From positions 11,154 to 75,153 of the forward strand of contig CAKZJE010000047.1 of the NCBI GenBank assembly GCA_936941155.1: a stretch of 64,000 nt of DNA. The letters are read 5' to 3'. The stretch is from an uncultured Methylomonas sp. GTDB taxonomy: Bacteria; Pseudomonadota; Gammaproteobacteria; Methylococcales; Methylomonadaceae. The notes under the pieces were generated by a model. That model saw nothing but the letters and a program-made list of their open reading frames with translations, had not been told where the DNA came from and did not search any database. The first letter of the stretch is position 1. Each line of letters starts with the position of its first letter. Below are positions 49,561-59,067 of the stretch, piece after piece. Position numbers and translations under genes: made by a program.

Positions 49561-51198
49561 ATGAATAGCGATTCAAAGTTTGAAGCGATTCCCAGAATAA
49601 AAAACTATAAAATTCCAATTAAATTGGAGGAATCCGCTTTATCTGAATGGTTAATCCATATAGGACATTTTGATAGCCTAGAATCTTGTGCGCAAATTTT
49701 AGTTTTATTACAGGCCTTAAACAAAGAAACGCTCGCATTTAAAAATAGAATTGTGTTTTTAGTGATGATTAGTGACTATCTTAAACACTTTATTAGTTAT
49801 TTGAGTAATCCCTGTTGGGATGCCGCTTTTCCGCTCTCTGATGATGAAAATGCTTATGCGCAGGTGATTACTTGGAATTATTTAACGCTAGGACAAAGTT
49901 TTTTTATTGCAGCAGACAGTGCAAATAAAAAAAATGACGCGACTTTTTGCATTGCAATGGCTTTGCACGCATTAGGACAAGCGCAATTACACATTGCCGC
50001 CACTTATACCGTTCCTAATGATGGATTTTGGAGTTTGTTGTATAAAATTTTTGCGTGGGCAGAAAAAAAAGCGTTGCTGCATTTACCGATAGAAAGTGCG
50101 GAGTTAGAGGGACAAACGATTAATAGCCTGTTTGCAAGAAGCCTTATGTTTCAAGTGTGCGATACCAATCAATATGCGCCGAGAGATATTCGCACTATTT
50201 TTAAAGTGTTAGGTCAAACCTGTCACACTGTGGCGATTGATGTTTATCCTAGTCAATTAGAAGGCTTATGTATCTTAGATTTAAAATCGGATGATCCGCC
50301 TCTTAACGTAAAAAATCAGAATAAAATAGGTAGCGACTTAGTGCGTTATTTTTCTCCAGTCGCGGTGGCAAATATTATTAACCGTGATTTTATCCAAAGC
50401 AGTGTTTGGAGTGGGGCGTTAAAATCAATTAACACAACGCTGTTTAGTCGTGTGATTAAAACGCTGGGATTGACGCAAAAAAGGCAATATACCCGCAAAC
50501 GTGAAGAGCATAATCTTTTAGGCGTGATTGGCTTTCAGGACATTATTGGCTTTTTATATAAAATAAATAAAACCCCGTTTGTCGATTTACCTCAGGTTAA
50601 TGCGAACTCTTCTGAGAAAGAATTCGGCATGAATATTGAAAGCACAGAAGAAGAGCGTAATCTAAAACACAAAGAATTAGGCACTCGCAATCAGCAGATT
50701 TGGCAACCTTCTAAACACATCACAGAAATTCCAATCAAAAAAGTGTCGTTAAAAGAAATCAATGTGTGTGATAGCAGTGCGAATGGCTATGCTGTGACAT
50801 GGCAGCAAGACTACACCAAAACCAGAATCGGCGATTTATTTGGGATTATTTCAGCGGATAAAAGACGTTTGGAAATTGCCATTATTCGCAGGATTGCTTT
50901 AAACAACAATAATAACTTTAACACCGATTTTAGATTTGGCGCGGAATTGCTGGGGTTTGAATCAGAAATTGTCTATCTTTCAAATTTAAATAAAAATCAG
51001 CCCGGCACATGGGCTGTGTTTATTCCTGAAGTGGAGCTGTTAGAGCGTCCGGCGGCAGTTATTTTTGACATCGGACATTTTAAAGTCGGTGACAATGTTT
51101 ATATACACCGATGCGGAACAAAGTTTCTTTGTTTGTTGTTAAAAGAGCTGCATTCCACTGTTGCCATTGCGCATCTTGAAGTGGTTATCATCGGCTAA
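49561..51198 (+). CDS. Hypothetical protein (545 aa)
   Basis: This is a long ORF with no recognisable domain. Confidence 0.35.
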   Translation: MNSDSKFEAIPRIKNYKIPIKLEESALSEWLIHIGHFDSLESCAQILVLLQALNKETLAFKNRIVFLVMISDYLKHFISYLSNPCWDAAFPLSDDENAYAQVITWNYLTLGQSFFIAADSANKKNDATFCIAMALHALGQAQLHIAATYTVPNDGFWSLLYKIFAWAEKKALLHLPIESAELEGQTINSLFARSLMFQVCDTNQYAPRDIRTIFKVLGQTCHTVAIDVYPSQLEGLCILDLKSDDPPLNVKNQNKIGSDLVRYFSPVAVANIINRDFIQSSVWSGALKSINTTLFSRVIKTLGLTQKRQYTRKREEHNLLGVIGFQDIIGFLYKINKTPFVDLPQVNANSSEKEFGMNIESTEEERNLKHKELGTRNQQIWQPSKHITEIPIKKVSLKEINVCDSSANGYAVTWQQDYTKTRIGDLFGIISADKRRLEIAIIRRIALNNNNNFNTDFRFGAELLGFESEIVYLSNLNKNQPGTWAVFIPEVELLERPAAVIFDIGHFKVGDNVYIHRCGTKFLCLLLKELHSTVAIAHLEVVIIG

Positions 51199-51232
51199 GG
51201 AATGCGTACGAAACAACTTATGCAAGTTTATT

Positions 51233-51283
51233 TTGTGTAGGTGCGGATTTATCTGCACTGTGCGAATGAATTTGCACCTACAG
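51233..51283. repeat. MITE-like element family R3
   Basis: ttgtgtaggtgcggatttatctgcactgtgcgaatgaatttgcacctacag. Confidence 0.55.
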
Positions 51284-51324
51284 TTGTCGAGCTTATTTCA
51301 TGCACGTTTCTAATTGTTTTTGCT

Positions 51325-52002
51325 TTAAAAAGAATGATGCAACAACGTAGCAACCACATCGGAAAGTGTCTTTAATAAGTCGTCTGATTCAGCATCAGCA
51401 TTTTGGCGCGAATAGCGATGGGGATTAACATCACGGTGTAAATCAAGAGCTCGGTTTTTTCGCTCTTCCCTCGTTTGTAATTTTTGTTGCTCCGCGCCCA
51501 ATTGTCCTCCCGCTTTTTTCCATTCCATTAAATGGGTTATTTCGCCATTGTCTAACCAAATTCCATGCAGACGGCATTGGTCAACCACCACACCACTGCG
51601 ATAACCAAAATTCACTCTGTCCATTAACATCTGACAAACCGGGCATTTCACATATTTGATTTTCTGCTGGGTGGGATAGCGTTCTTGATTAATATTATCA
51701 ATCAGTTGCCAATTGATTTCTGTAGCCTCAGCGACCGTATTATCCAGCAGTATTTCGATTTCGCCCGGATCAAAAAATAAACCAAAACAGTTTTGACAAC
51801 GTTCAATATACAAATCGCCGTTGATTTTTAAGTCGATAGTTTGCAATGGAATATGACAAACAGGACAAATACGCTCCGACTGTTGCGTTTCTAAGTTATA
51901 GTCCTGTTTATCGTGCAAATCCATATCATTGCGCACCCCACAATATTCGCAGCAATTGCTGTTTGCAGGTAATGGCGCGGCGCAACTTTTACAGAGTGCC
52001 AT
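51325..52002 (-). CDS. Double zinc-ribbon (TFIIB-type) protein
   Basis: Two CxxC...CxxC pairs are present (CKSC..CEYC and CPVC..CQNC, plus CPVC..C). It is located 3 bp downstream of the SPFH gene. Confidence 0.5.
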   Translation of the reverse strand: MALCKSCAAPLPANSNCCEYCGVRNDMDLHDKQDYNLETQQSERICPVCHIPLQTIDLKINGDLYIERCQNCFGLFFDPGEIEILLDNTVAEATEINWQLIDNINQERYPTQQKIKYVKCPVCQMLMDRVNFGYRSGVVVDQCRLHGIWLDNGEITHLMEWKKAGGQLGAEQQKLQTREERKNRALDLHRDVNPHRYSRQNADAESDDLLKTLSDVVATLLHHSF

Positions 52003-52004
52003 GA

Positions 52005-53021
52005 TTAAAATGCCGCCAAAATCGCTTGTTTTTTCGCCGCATATTCATCAGCGGAAATTAAATCAGCTTCATACATTTGCTTTAATTTAGCTAATTTTGC
52101 CATCGGGTCATCTTGTGCGGCTTGTGGAGCGGCGGGTTGTTGTGGCTGATTAAACGCTTGCGCCATCGTTTGCCCCAAACTTATTCCAGCACCTAAACCC
52201 ATTCCCATGCCTGCACCGCCGCCTTCATTTCTAGCCGCCTCGCGCATGGCTTCCAATTGTTGCATTTTGGCGTAATCCAATCCCACAGCTTGCGCGGCTT
52301 GCGCTTCTGCGGTCATATCTGCAATCCGATTAATCCGTTTTAAGGTTTCATCATCAAAACTCGTGCCTTCAATCCGAAAATCGGTGATTTCAAAACCTAG
52401 TTTGGCAAAGGCTTCGCCTAATTTCTGCGCTAAACCTTCCGTAATTTCTTCGCGATTCGCATCAATATCGGTGTAAGTGAAATGACTTGTGGCTAAATAA
52501 TCTGAAATGGGCTGCACAATCCGTGCGGACATCACTTTTCTCAAATCATCGGCATAAAAACTGTTATGGCTGCCAACTACATTCACAAAAAATGTGCCTG
52601 GATCAGAAATTTTGTAGCTGTAATTGCCAAATGCGCGTAAACCGACTGGAAATTTATATTTGGGGTCTTCGTATTTTATCGGTGAAGTTGTGCCCCATTT
52701 TTGATCGAGAATTTCACTGATTTTAAAAAAATAAATTCCCACTTTATGTTCGCTTTCAAAAAACTGCATAAAGCGGCTGATGGTTGTCCAAAACGGAATG
52801 TTGTCGGTTTTCAGATTGATTAAACATTGTTGCGTAATCACCGATTCCACTTTGCCACGATAAACGAAAATGCAGCCTTGCCCTGGCCCTACGATCAGCG
52901 TGGAAGCATTTTTAATTTCATCGCCATTGTCTGTCCATTGGCTGAATAATGCGTCCGGTTCAGGATTTGTCCATTCAATTACCGTGCGCAGTTGTCGTTT
53001 TAAGCCATCAAAAAGTGCCAT
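52005..53021 (-). CDS. SPFH/Band-7-family protein with C-terminal SHOCT domain
   Basis: It has an SPFH-like core, a Gly/Ala/Gln-rich linker and the C-terminal LAKLKQMYEADLISADEYAAKKQAIL (SHOCT). Confidence 0.55.
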   Translation of the reverse strand: MALFDGLKRQLRTVIEWTNPEPDALFSQWTDNGDEIKNASTLIVGPGQGCIFVYRGKVESVITQQCLINLKTDNIPFWTTISRFMQFFESEHKVGIYFFKISEILDQKWGTTSPIKYEDPKYKFPVGLRAFGNYSYKISDPGTFFVNVVGSHNSFYADDLRKVMSARIVQPISDYLATSHFTYTDIDANREEITEGLAQKLGEAFAKLGFEITDFRIEGTSFDDETLKRINRIADMTAEAQAAQAVGLDYAKMQQLEAMREAARNEGGGAGMGMGLGAGISLGQTMAQAFNQPQQPAAPQAAQDDPMAKLAKLKQMYEADLISADEYAAKKQAILAAF

Positions 53022-53143
53022 TGCAAGCCTCGTGTGTTTAGGTGAAATTTAAAATAGTTTAGCACATTGTTTAGGGCTGCATTTTAGCAGTTAATTAAAG
53101 CGACTAGGTTTATAATAGAAAATGTAAAACATGAGGAGAAACA

Positions 53144-53683
53144 ATGACAATGAGAGATTTTAAAGATAAAACCCCGCACATTGGCACGGCGGTTTATTTG
53201 GATGAAAGCGCGGTAGTGATTGGTGATGTAAAGCTGGCGGATGATGTTTCGGTGTGGCCGATGGCGGTGATTCGTGGTGATGTGGCGACCATCACAATTG
53301 CGGAGGGAACCAATATTCAAGATGGCGCGGTGCTGCATGTGTCTCATGCGGGAAAATATTCACCGCAAAATCATCCTTTAACGATTGGCAAAGGGGTCAC
53401 AATTGGGCATCGCGCGGTTGTTCATGCTTGTACGGTTGGCAATTATTGTTTAATTGGGATTGGTGCAATTATTATGGATGATGTGGTGCTAGAAGATTAT
53501 GTGATGTTGGGAGCTGGGTCGTTAGTGCCGTCTGGTAAAGTGCTTGCGAGTGGTTATTTATATTTAGGCTCACCCGCAAAACAAGCCAGACCTTTAACCG
53601 AGACTGAAAAACAGTTTTTAGAATATTCAGCAGCGCATTATGTGGTGTTGAAAAATGAATATCTCGTTATGCAAAAAAAATAA
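53144..53683 (+). CDS. Gamma-class carbonic anhydrase family protein (hexapeptide repeat, YrdA/PaaY-like)
   Basis: It has left-handed beta-helix hexapeptide repeats and conserved His residues. Confidence 0.8.
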   Translation: MTMRDFKDKTPHIGTAVYLDESAVVIGDVKLADDVSVWPMAVIRGDVATITIAEGTNIQDGAVLHVSHAGKYSPQNHPLTIGKGVTIGHRAVVHACTVGNYCLIGIGAIIMDDVVLEDYVMLGAGSLVPSGKVLASGYLYLGSPAKQARPLTETEKQFLEYSAAHYVVLKNEYLVMQKK

Positions 53684-53781
53684 TTCTTAACAGAGATTCC
53701 TAGAGATATTGCATGGCAACGTCTCTATGTTTTTAAAACAACTTAGATTAAAGCGTAAAGTAATTACTTAGGAGAAAAATA

Positions 53782-54687
53782 ATGATAAATCAATCAATTG
53801 CGGGACTGATTGGCAATACAAAATTAGTGAAATTACAACGGGTTGTTAAAGAAGGCAGCGCGGATGTGTATGTGAAAATAGAATCTAGCAATCCCGGTGG
53901 CTCAGTAAAAGACCGCATCGGTTTAGCCATGATTAGCGCGGCGGAAAAATCAGGGGCGTTACAAGCGGGCGGGGCAATTGTGGAAGCAACTTCTGGAAAC
54001 ACGGGCATTGCGTTGGCGATGGTGGCGGCGGCGCGTGGTTATCATTGTATTTTAACCATGCCAGAAACCATGTCAGTAGAAAGACGGCAACTTTTGGCGT
54101 TATTGGGCGCGGAATTGGTTTTAACGCCGGGCAGTGAGGCGATGACGGGCGCGATTAATAAAGCCATAGAGATTTCAACTAACGATGGCGCGTTTATGCC
54201 GAAACAGTTTGAAAATCCTGCTAATCCTGAAATACATCGGCAAACCACTGCGGAAGAAATTTGGGCTGCAACTGAAGGCAAAGTTGATGCGTTTGTGTGT
54301 GGTGTGGGAACAGGCGGCACAATTACAGGGGTTGCGGAAGTCATCAAAAGCAGAAATTCAGCCTTTCAAGCGATTGCGGTAGAGCCAGTTGAATCGCCTC
54401 TTATTTCTGGTGGCAAACACAGTCCGCATAAAATTCAAGGGATTGGTGCGGGTTTTATTCCTAAAAATCTTAATCTCAGTATTTTAGACAGCGTTGAACA
54501 AGTTAGCACAGCAGAAGCATTTGCGATGCGTCATTCATTAGCGGTTGAAGAGGGGATTTTAGCGGGAATTTCATCCGGCGCGAGTGTTTGCGCGGCGTTG
54601 CGAGTGGCGGAGAAATTAGGTGCAGGTAAAATGGTGGTGACGATTGTGCATGACACAGGTGAACGTTATTTGAGTATGGCTGGCTAA
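53782..54687 (+). CDS. cysK: Cysteine synthase (O-acetylserine sulfhydrylase)
   Basis: TMPETMS, QFENPANPEIH, GVGTGGT and HKIQGIGAGFIP match E. coli CysK. Confidence 0.85.
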   Translation: MINQSIAGLIGNTKLVKLQRVVKEGSADVYVKIESSNPGGSVKDRIGLAMISAAEKSGALQAGGAIVEATSGNTGIALAMVAAARGYHCILTMPETMSVERRQLLALLGAELVLTPGSEAMTGAINKAIEISTNDGAFMPKQFENPANPEIHRQTTAEEIWAATEGKVDAFVCGVGTGGTITGVAEVIKSRNSAFQAIAVEPVESPLISGGKHSPHKIQGIGAGFIPKNLNLSILDSVEQVSTAEAFAMRHSLAVEEGILAGISSGASVCAALRVAEKLGAGKMVVTIVHDTGERYLSMAG

Positions 54688-54860
54688 ATTTAGTTAAATC
54701 TTTTAGGTAAATTGACTAGGTCGGATTGCATAGAAAATCAGACCTAGTTTACTGACCTCACTTTTTTTTCACTGTGTTGGCTGCAAAGTTAAGTTTTTCT
54801 TGAATATCAGTAGGTAACGAGGTTAAACAATGTTGATCAAATAGGGCGGCGAATTGCGTT

Positions 54861-54898
54861 AATTTACAAGACGACCAGTCGTCTTAAAAATTTTTTGC
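54861..54898. repeat. Palindromic element family R1
   Basis: aatttacaagacgaccagtcgtcttaaaaattttttgc. Confidence 0.6.
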
Positions 54899-55027
54899 AT
54901 AATTTATCGAGTCAAAAACCAAGATTTTTGACAAGCACAACTCGCTATAACTCAAGGCATTATCAAACTCAAAAAGCGTGATTTTTGATTGCGTTGATTT
55001 TTACTATATACAAAGACAGAGCAAAAA

Positions 55028-55516
55028 TCAGTAATCCGCGTGATTAATATTATGTTGACGCTCCATGCCTTCGGTTAAATTATAGCCTTCCTCATTGTAC
55101 AGATTACCGATAAAAAATAAGCGCATATCCACAATCCACGCAATTTTTCTGACTTTGTCTTTTTCAATAATTAGCGTTGAAATTTTATAATTGTGATCAA
55201 CAATCTGCGACACAATCGTGATTGGGTTTGCAGGGTCTTCTCTCAGAGCACCAGTGACAATCCGTTGTGCAGATTCCATCGTCAGTACAGGATGTTCAGA
55301 TTTCACTACAGGCAGTTTTGCCTTTTTTTCATTTTCAAGTGCTTGCGCATTAAAATAGCCAACGTCATAGATAACCTTACCTAGCAGCCCAAGTATAATC
55401 GCGACACCATAAACAGAGAGAGCGACTTTTAATCGCCATCTAACACGAGGATTTGATAGTTTTTTGATAAAAACGGAAAGTTTCATAGTTGCTTTTAGTG
55501 CGAATGATAGAGCCAA
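55028..55516 (-). CDS. Hypothetical membrane-anchored protein
   Basis: It has a single N-terminal TM segment and no domain. Confidence 0.35.
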   Translation of the reverse strand: MALSFALKATMKLSVFIKKLSNPRVRWRLKVALSVYGVAIILGLLGKVIYDVGYFNAQALENEKKAKLPVVKSEHPVLTMESAQRIVTGALREDPANPITIVSQIVDHNYKISTLIIEKDKVRKIAWIVDMRLFFIGNLYNEEGYNLTEGMERQHNINHADY

Positions 55517-55897
55517 TAAATTCGGCTGATTTTGAAAAATAGAGAAAATTAAAAGTTAGAGGAAAAATAGACAGCGTAATCGGCGGCATGTTTTTTGTAA
55601 AACATTTGATGCAATAGGATTAACTATTGAGGCTTGCAAATTCTATCTAGCTTAAGATTTTTTCATTTTAACATGCTGCTTTTATCGGTTGTGATAGATA
55701 AAAGCGCGTTTTTCTGATGCGATTATAAAAGAAAAATCCATCTTAAGCAGGGGCTAGAGAAAAAATTAATCAGACGGCTAAAATAGCCAGAGGTTGAAAC
55801 TGCAATCGATGATTGAGTTTAATATCCCGCGACTAAAACTAAAGTGCTTTTAGTCGCGAGAAAAATAAATGGAATGATGTTGCGTTTTTATCATCAC

Positions 55898-56662
55898 TTA
55901 ATGCGAAGCGAGATAATGATCTATTTCTGCATTAATCATCGCCTCATAGTGACGGCGTAATGTAGAGTCAGTAGGGCGTGGGGCTTTATTTTTTTCAATG
56001 CAAGCGCGTAACTGTGTTAAAAAATGTCTTTTTAACATGGAATCTTCAGGCACAACACAGCATTTTTCTTCAGCGGCACTGACTGGAGTTTCAGCTTTAA
56101 CAGCAACGTTTACAGTAGCACTCTGCGGCTTTTGCGCTGCTTCATAATTTGCAAACAACTGTGCCATTTTTGCTTCACTTTCCAAACAATCTTCAGCTTT
56201 AGCGGTAAGCATTGCATCATAATGACGGCTTAAAGCACTGTCTGTGGGAGCGGGGCAAGTGGTTGCCGCCAGCATGTGCCGAAGAGTTTGCAGCTTTTGC
56301 TGTCTTTTGGTTTGCTCTTCAGGACTCAGTTCGTTGCTAGTGGTAATGACGACAGGTGCAGCAGTTTGTTCTGGTTGTGTTGTGCTGGCAACAGCAGTTG
56401 CGGCAACATTGCTTGTCGGTTCCGGCAAGTCCAGTGTCGGCGGTGTTGTTACAGTAAGATCTGTCTGAGATAGACTACTCTCTTGTTGTGGCGATGCTTC
56501 TGTTTCTGCATTTTTTTTTCTTAGATAAATAAAAGCGTATGCTGCCGCACCTACTGCCGCGCCTACGCCTGTTACCATCGGTAACGCCTCTATCAACATG
56601 GGTATAATTGCGATTGTCATAACGATTATCCTCTTAAGTAAGAAGTGAAAAGAACACTGCAA
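55898..56662 (-). CDS. Hypothetical protein with N-terminal TM and three DSxL(S/K/R)RH(Y/F) repeats
   Basis: The repeats are visible in the translation (DSALSRHYDAM, DSMLKRHFLTQL, DSTLRRHYEAM). Confidence 0.4.
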   Translation of the reverse strand: MQCSFHFLLKRIIVMTIAIIPMLIEALPMVTGVGAAVGAAAYAFIYLRKKNAETEASPQQESSLSQTDLTVTTPPTLDLPEPTSNVAATAVASTTQPEQTAAPVVITTSNELSPEEQTKRQQKLQTLRHMLAATTCPAPTDSALSRHYDAMLTAKAEDCLESEAKMAQLFANYEAAQKPQSATVNVAVKAETPVSAAEEKCCVVPEDSMLKRHFLTQLRACIEKNKAPRPTDSTLRRHYEAMINAEIDHYLASH

Positions 56663-56977
56663 GAAGTTTAATGTTTGCTACTTGCACATGAGCAACTCAA
56701 TTCGCATTGTCATCTTTTTATAATAAAACTTATCAGAAAAACAAGACGATTGAGTTTTTTTAAGAGCGCGAACATCAGCTGAAAACAAAGCAATGTCTAT
56801 GCTCTAAGTTTTTTAGGTGAAATCCTGAGAAGGTGAGATACCAACACTTAAACTGTTTTAATAACATCCTTTTGTAGAATGTTATCGCTTAATTTAGTGT
56901 TGGTAAACCATGATGATAAGAGAAAAAGAAAAAACAGAAAGAATGCTTGCAAAGCAGAGGACTCTGCAAGCTAACAG

Positions 56978-58762
56978 TTACTCAGCTACGGCTGTTTTAC
57001 TGCGTCTTGACGTGGAAGCCATGCGTTTTTTGCCCTTGTCTTTTTTCTTTGCAGCCTCATCCACTTTCGTAATATTCAGTGGTTGACCTGCAATGCGAAC
57101 TTTTCTCAATTCTTGCAGCAAGTCTTTTGGCATTCCCGCCGGTAATTCTACTGTGCTGTAGTCTTCTTCGATTTTGATTTTAGCAATATGATCGCCGTCA
57201 ATCCCTGTTTCATTGGCAATTGCACCGACAATATTACCCGGTTTCACACCATGCGCATGTCCGACTTCAATACGGAAAACTTCCATGTCGATACCGGAAG
57301 ATGCACCTCTAACACGCGGTTTGCGTTCTCTGCTAGGTTTATCATCACCGCCAGAACTGCGCTCTGTTCTTTCGGAACGTTCGCGGCGTGGTCTGTCTTC
57401 TGAGTCGCTTCTTTCAGTACGCGCAACTTTCGGAGGATTTTTCAACAACAATGGAATATCACCTTGCAGCAATTTTGCTAAAGCAGCGGCAATTTCAATC
57501 GCAGGAATGTCGTGTTCTTGTTCGTATTGCTCAATCAACTGCGTGAAAAAGCTTAATTCTTCAGCTGCTAAAGTATCGGTAATACGTTGTTTAAAACGGC
57601 TAATCCGGTTGTTGTTAATCAATTCTGTTGAAGGCAACTGCATTTCTTCAACTTTGCGTTTGGTTGCGGTTTCGATATTACTTAATAAACGTCTTTCGCG
57701 CGGAGAAACAAACAAAATTGCCTCGCCACTTCTGCCCGCACGTCCGGTTCTGCCGATACGATGAATATAACTTTCAGTATCGTAAGGAATGTCGTAGTTA
57801 ATAACGTGACTAATACGGTCAACGTCCAAACCACGCGCCGCCACGTCTGTAGCAATCAAAATGTCAATTTTGCCATTTTTTAAATGCTCAATCGTGCGCT
57901 CACGCAATGCTTGGGATAAATCACCATTGATTGCCGCAGCAGAATAGCCACGCGCTTCGAGTTTTTCTGCCAATTCGATGGTTGCAGTTTTGGTTTTAAC
58001 GAAAATAATCATTCCGTCAAATGTTTCTGCTTCTAAAATTCGCGTGAGTGCGTCTAATTTGTGCAAGCCACTCACAAACCAAAATCGTTGCCGAATCGCT
58101 GGCGTTTCTGTGGTTTTGACTTTAATCGTGACTTCTTCAGGATTGTTTAAATATTTTTGCGCAATTTTGCGAATAATGCTGGGCATTGTTGCAGAAAACA
58201 GCGCGATTTGGCGTTGTGCTGGCGTTTGTTCCAGAATCCATTCAACGTCATCAATAAAACCCATCCGCAACATTTCGTCGGCTTCATCTAACACTAAGGT
58301 TTTCAGTGAATCGAGTTTTAAAGTGCCGCGACGCATGTGATCCATAACGCGCCCAGGTGTGCCGACAACCACATGCACACCGCGTGTGAGTTGGCGCAAT
58401 TGCACATTGTAATCTTGACCGCCATAAATCGGCAGTACATGGAAATTCTTCAAGCGAGCCGCATACCCCTGAAATGCTTCGGCAACTTGAATGGCTAATT
58501 CGCGTGTAGGTGCTAACACCAATACTTGCGGGTCTTTAAGTTTAAGGTCTATGCGAGACAAGATAGGCAACGCAAAGGCTGCTGTTTTACCTGTACCGGT
58601 TTGAGCTTGCCCCAGAACGTCGTGTCCTTGAAGCATGAAAGGGATGATTTTCGCTTGAATAGGCGAGGGTGTCTCATAACCGATGTCGTCCAATGCTTTT
58701 AGCACCGGATCAATCAGTGCTAAGTCACGGAAGGAGGGTAATGGAGAAACACTATCGGACAT
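56978..58762 (-). CDS. deaD: DEAD-box ATP-dependent RNA helicase (DeaD/CsdA-like with DbpA-type C-terminal RNA-binding domain)
   Basis: It has a Q motif, GKT, DEAD, SAT and HRIGRTGRAGR motifs, plus a basic Arg/Ser/Glu-rich tail. Confidence 0.9.
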   Translation of the reverse strand: MSDSVSPLPSFRDLALIDPVLKALDDIGYETPSPIQAKIIPFMLQGHDVLGQAQTGTGKTAAFALPILSRIDLKLKDPQVLVLAPTRELAIQVAEAFQGYAARLKNFHVLPIYGGQDYNVQLRQLTRGVHVVVGTPGRVMDHMRRGTLKLDSLKTLVLDEADEMLRMGFIDDVEWILEQTPAQRQIALFSATMPSIIRKIAQKYLNNPEEVTIKVKTTETPAIRQRFWFVSGLHKLDALTRILEAETFDGMIIFVKTKTATIELAEKLEARGYSAAAINGDLSQALRERTIEHLKNGKIDILIATDVAARGLDVDRISHVINYDIPYDTESYIHRIGRTGRAGRSGEAILFVSPRERRLLSNIETATKRKVEEMQLPSTELINNNRISRFKQRITDTLAAEELSFFTQLIEQYEQEHDIPAIEIAAALAKLLQGDIPLLLKNPPKVARTERSDSEDRPRRERSERTERSSGGDDKPSRERKPRVRGASSGIDMEVFRIEVGHAHGVKPGNIVGAIANETGIDGDHIAKIKIEEDYSTVELPAGMPKDLLQELRKVRIAGQPLNITKVDEAAKKKDKGKKRMASTSRRSKTAVAE

Positions 58763-59003
58763 TTATGTACCTGCTGAAAAAATAATGAGTCGCAAAAAGC
58801 GATAAGGGACGGTTTAAGTGTTTATTATACAATAATTTATAGATAATAGATATTGTAATAAAGGCTGGCGACTGAGATTAAGGCATCCCTAGTTTTGCCT
58901 TTAAAAACCACCGTGAGAGCTTTTTTGGTTAGCATGTAAAGTATGTGGCTAAGCTGTACTTAACTCTTTGTAACAAAGCATAAGTTGCAAGGCATTAACG
59001 ATT

Positions 59004-59052
59004 TTTGTAGGTGACATAAACTCGCATTGTTTGGATAAATCCAAACCTACAT
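59004..59052. repeat. MITE-like element family R3
   Basis: tttgtaggtgacataaactcgcattgtttggataaatccaaacctacata. Confidence 0.55.
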
Positions 59053-59067
59053 AGATATTGATGCTTT

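Noticed and set aside
53084-53347. An 87-aa minus-strand ORF overlapping the start of the gamma-carbonic-anhydrase gene.
   Set aside because: It overlaps a confidently assigned CDS and upstream region, has a His/Arg-rich low-complexity product and is likely spurious.
56800-56920. An inverted repeat (ccaacacttaaac ... gtttaatttagtgttgg) upstream of deaD, considered as a mobile-element remnant.
   Set aside because: It is more parsimoniously part of the long structured 5' UTR typical of cold-shock helicase deaD transcripts. There is no second copy in the window.
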